From Vicinamibacterales bacterium (lineage in GTDB: Bacteria; Acidobacteriota; Vicinamibacteria; Vicinamibacterales; UBA8438): a stretch of DNA of 64,000 nt. Below, piece by piece: positions 61,435 through 64,000 of the stretch (position 1 is its first letter; every line of letters starts with the position of its first letter). The position numbers and the translations under genes are program-made. Location: contig CBDCHF010000007.1 in assembly GCA_965217045.1 (NCBI GenBank), forward strand, positions 211,825-275,824, given 5' to 3'. The notes under the pieces are model-generated. The model did no database searches. It was not told the origin of the DNA and saw nothing but the letters and a program-made list of their open reading frames with translations.

Positions 61435-62066
61435 GAGAGGGTGCACGTCAGGATCGTGCCCTGGTCCGGATCCGTACGGAGGCATGGTATCCTGCTGACA
61501 GCTTATAGCGCTGTCAGCAGGAGGGAGGCCCCCATGCCCACGACATCCGATCTCCGGGAGGAACTCGAGAAACGGCGCGACGACCTGCGCGAGCAACTGT
61601 CGTCGCTCGGTGACCTGCGCCCCGGGTCCCTGGTGGCGCGGTACCGAAAGTGCGGGAAACCTTATTGCCGCTGCGCGAACGACGGGTCTCAAGGGCACGG
61701 CCCGAGTTGGTCTCTGACGCGCCAGGTGGGCGGCAAGACGGTGACGCGCATCATTCCGTTGGACGCCGTGGCGCAAACCCAGGCGCAGATCGCCGAGTGT
61801 CAACGCTTGCGCCGCCTCACCGGGGAGTTGATCGAGGTCAGCGACGCGCTGTGCCAGACTCGACTGTCGGACCGGCGCGGGGGTGGAGCTGAGGCGGAGA
61901 AAAAAGGGGCTTTGAGGAAGAGGTCGCGGCCGAAGTCGATGCCGAAATCGAAGCGCTTGTAGGGTCCGGTGCATCCGACGGTCTGGACTTCGAGACCATC
62001 GAGCAGGCCGCCCGCCGGCAGGCGCTCGGCGTCGCTGCCCGGGCGGTGGAGCGCCGGCTGAATGCG
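61435..62066 (+). mobile_element. ISKra4-family remnant (left end, DUF6788 ORF 61534-61962, start of transposase)
   Basis: GAGAGGGTGCACG end; CGKPYCRC..HGP; A6G slippery site at 61900; LDFETIEQAARRQAL..AVERRLN then truncation. Confidence 0.8.
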
Positions 62067-62648
62067 GTAGGCGTGGAGGACGCGCTCCCGGAACGCGCGC
62101 TGGTGGAGCCGCTGGCGAACCGCGGCCGTCACATACTGCCGGCGGCCGCTCTCGAGGTCGTCTCGCACTGCCACGCCCTGCTCCCGGATCGCCGGCCAGA
62201 GGTGCCTCGCGTCGTCGACCGCGATGGTGAAGGTCAACCCGGGGCGGTCGTCGCCGACGACGAACACCGGCCAGGCCGCGAGGTATTTTCCCGGGACCAC
62301 CCCGTGGAAGTAGACCAGCGGCAGGCGCTCCCGCATGGCGACACGGACGCGCTGGTTGTCCGGGTGGTCTGGATCCGTGCCGCGGTAGTGATAGCGCAGG
62401 AGATCGTTGGGACCGAAGGCATCGTCGTACGGTCCGTCGGGGGCGGTCGTGATGGAGAGCGGCGCGGCGGACAGCACCTTCGGCTTGAAGATGCCCTGCG
62501 GCCCGAGCAGGGGGACGCGGACTCCGTCGAGCGTGAACCCGGCGGCGAGCAGCGTCCGCGGCAGCACGTCGCCCGGGAGATCGGCCCGCGCTCGCAGCCA
62601 GTCGAAGGCGGCGTTCCGAACCGCTGCATCGTGCGCCCGATCGAGCAT
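62066..62648 (-). pseudogene. Putative restriction endonuclease (SRA-like + HNH type) lacking the HNH domain
   Basis: GPQGIFKP, LSITT, PYDD, YRGTDP, RLHQRAFRERVLHAY; cut just before the expected CxxC-HNH region. Confidence 0.75.
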
Positions 62649-62649
62649 C

Positions 62650-63504
62650 TCAATTGCCCATCTTGCCACGCGCGGCCGCCGATGCGCCGCGCTGCCAGTA
62701 GCCCTCCATCAGCATGGCGGACGGGCCGACCAGGAACAGCGCGTAGAACGGCGCGTAGACCACCTCCGCCAGCCTGAGCGCGGCCTCGACCAGCGCCACC
62801 GCCATCACCACCACGCACTGCGCCGGCCTGGAGCGCACGGTCGTCCGCGGGTCGGTGATCATGAAGAAGACGAACAGTTGATACATCGGCCCGGTTATGG
62901 GCGCCGCCTCTGCCAGCCACGGGCCGTCTCCGATCCAGCTTCGGGCGAGCGACAGCGCGAGAAACGCGGCGACGTAGGTGGCGCAGATGTGCAGGCGTCC
63001 GACGCGCCAGACCGTCACGGCGCCCAGCACCCAGATGATCGCCATGGCCCACAGCGTGTTACCCCACTGGATGCTCAGCACAGCGATGGTCGACGGCGCG
63101 AGCCAGAGCATCGCGCACACCCCGAAGTTCGACGGGTTCCAGATGTGGCGCCCCCGGACCCGCAGGACGTACTTGGAGGCGATGGACAGCAGGCTGCAAG
63201 CGACGTAGGGCCACACGAGCGGCGAGCGGATCAGGATGCCGACGCTGATGCCGGTGATGTACGCGCTGGCCAGGTGCGGCCAGCGCCCGTAGGTCAGGCG
63301 GCCCAGGATGGCCTCGGCGAGCAGGCTCGTGACGATGGCGAGCAGCGTCCGGTCGTAGCTCTCAAGAATCCCGAACGAGAGCTGCCCGCCCGCCAGGATC
63401 GCGGTGATCAACACGGGAGGCAGGAAGCGGTTCTCGATCCAGCGGCGCTCGCCTACGCTCGCGGCGGCGCCCTCCGGCGGCGGGGCCGCGGGAACCCGAA
63501 TCAT
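62650..63504 (-). CDS. RnfD/NqrB-like membrane protein (UnbU-like)
   Basis: Multiple TM segments; SAYITGIS, SKY, HIWNPSNFG, FFMITDPRT; ATGA-coupled. Confidence 0.85.
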   Translation of the reverse strand: MIRVPAAPPPEGAAASVGERRWIENRFLPPVLITAILAGGQLSFGILESYDRTLLAIVTSLLAEAILGRLTYGRWPHLASAYITGISVGILIRSPLVWPYVACSLLSIASKYVLRVRGRHIWNPSNFGVCAMLWLAPSTIAVLSIQWGNTLWAMAIIWVLGAVTVWRVGRLHICATYVAAFLALSLARSWIGDGPWLAEAAPITGPMYQLFVFFMITDPRTTVRSRPAQCVVVMAVALVEAALRLAEVVYAPFYALFLVGPSAMLMEGYWQRGASAAARGKMGN

Positions 63505-64000
63505 TGCGGCTCGACGATCAGGTGCACCCGGTCGACGCCGGGCGCCTCGATGACCTGCCGCCGGCCGGACGGCCAGCGGATGACGAGCTGCTCGACGGTT
63601 GCGTGCGCTCCCAGACCGTAGTGCAGCCGCCGTTGATTCTGCGCGCTGAAGCCGCTCCCGCCGCTCACCACCTGACGCTGTCGCGCGCCGCTCCACGCGA
63701 GCTCGACGACCGCTCCGATCGCACTGGCGTTGCCCGCCGTGCCCCGCAGCTCGACCCCCAGCCAGTGCCGATCCGGACTGACCGTGTTCCGGTACACCAG
63801 CAACGGACCGCGCTGGTTGGCGACAATCACGTCGAGCGCGCCGCGGTTCCACAGGTCGGCCAGCGCCACGGCCCGCCCGTCGTGGCGGTCGGTCGCGCCG
63901 ACGACCCGGCCCACCTCGACGAACCGGCCGCGTCCGTCGTTCAGCCACACACGCGGGGGCTGGAATCCGGAGAGGCTGCGCCCCCGCATCGGCGGCCAGT
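63501..64000 (-). CDS. CRTAC1/ASPIC-UnbV protein, C-terminal part (runs off window)
   Basis: SLSG, DGRAVALADL, NASAIGA, GSGFSAQN, HYGLG, IRWPSG. Confidence 0.88.
   Translation of the reverse strand, partial: WPPMRGRSLSGFQPPRVWLNDGRGRFVEVGRVVGATDRHDGRAVALADLWNRGALDVIVANQRGPLLVYRNTVSPDRHWLGVELRGTAGNASAIGAVVELAWSGARQRQVVSGGSGFSAQNQRRLHYGLGAHATVEQLVIRWPSGRRQVIEAPGVDRVHLIVEPQ

Overview
High-GC bacterial DNA. The gene repertoire (Oar-like TonB receptor, DUF1592/DUF1552 pair, CRTAC1/UnbV, PQQ enzymes, ankyrin and TPR proteins) suggests Acidobacteriota or a similar, possibly host-associated lineage; this is inference only. The window has two halves. (1) About 1-31 kb is a heavily decayed accessory region. 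It holds a tyrosine-integrase island ending at a tRNA-Thr(CGT) 3' duplicate (20937-20981) and IS copies or remnants of many families (IS4, IS66, IS1380, ISAzo13, IS3, IS21, ISL3, IS5/IS1182-like, plus a 158-bp IS1182-type MITE). It also holds remnants of Lon, a phosphoesterase, an autotransporter, CoxL-like and defence genes, an intact solo UvrD, and an intact NYN nuclease preceded by a promoter, a structured small RNA and a terminator (type III TA-like layout). (2) About 31.1-61.4 kb is a largely intact periplasmic redox cluster: Tat-exported lactonase-like amidohydrolase, PQQ sugar dehydrogenase (IS-disrupted), orphan TAXI protein, sensor kinase, OmpR regulator, two cytochrome c/PHM-like copper monooxygenase fusions, a PQQ alcohol dehydrogenase with the lanthanide DxD signature, dihaem cytochrome, TonB receptor, CRTAC1, DUF1552/DUF1592 and ankyrin. 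Three of its promoters carry the same GACAAT-N4-RACAAT direct repeat exactly 7 bp upstream of the -35 box, which suggests one OmpR-controlled regulon. The window ends in an UnbV/UnbU-like pair and a truncated HNH nuclease. No CRISPR array, rRNA or intact tRNA was seen. Family calls come from motif recognition, not database searches.
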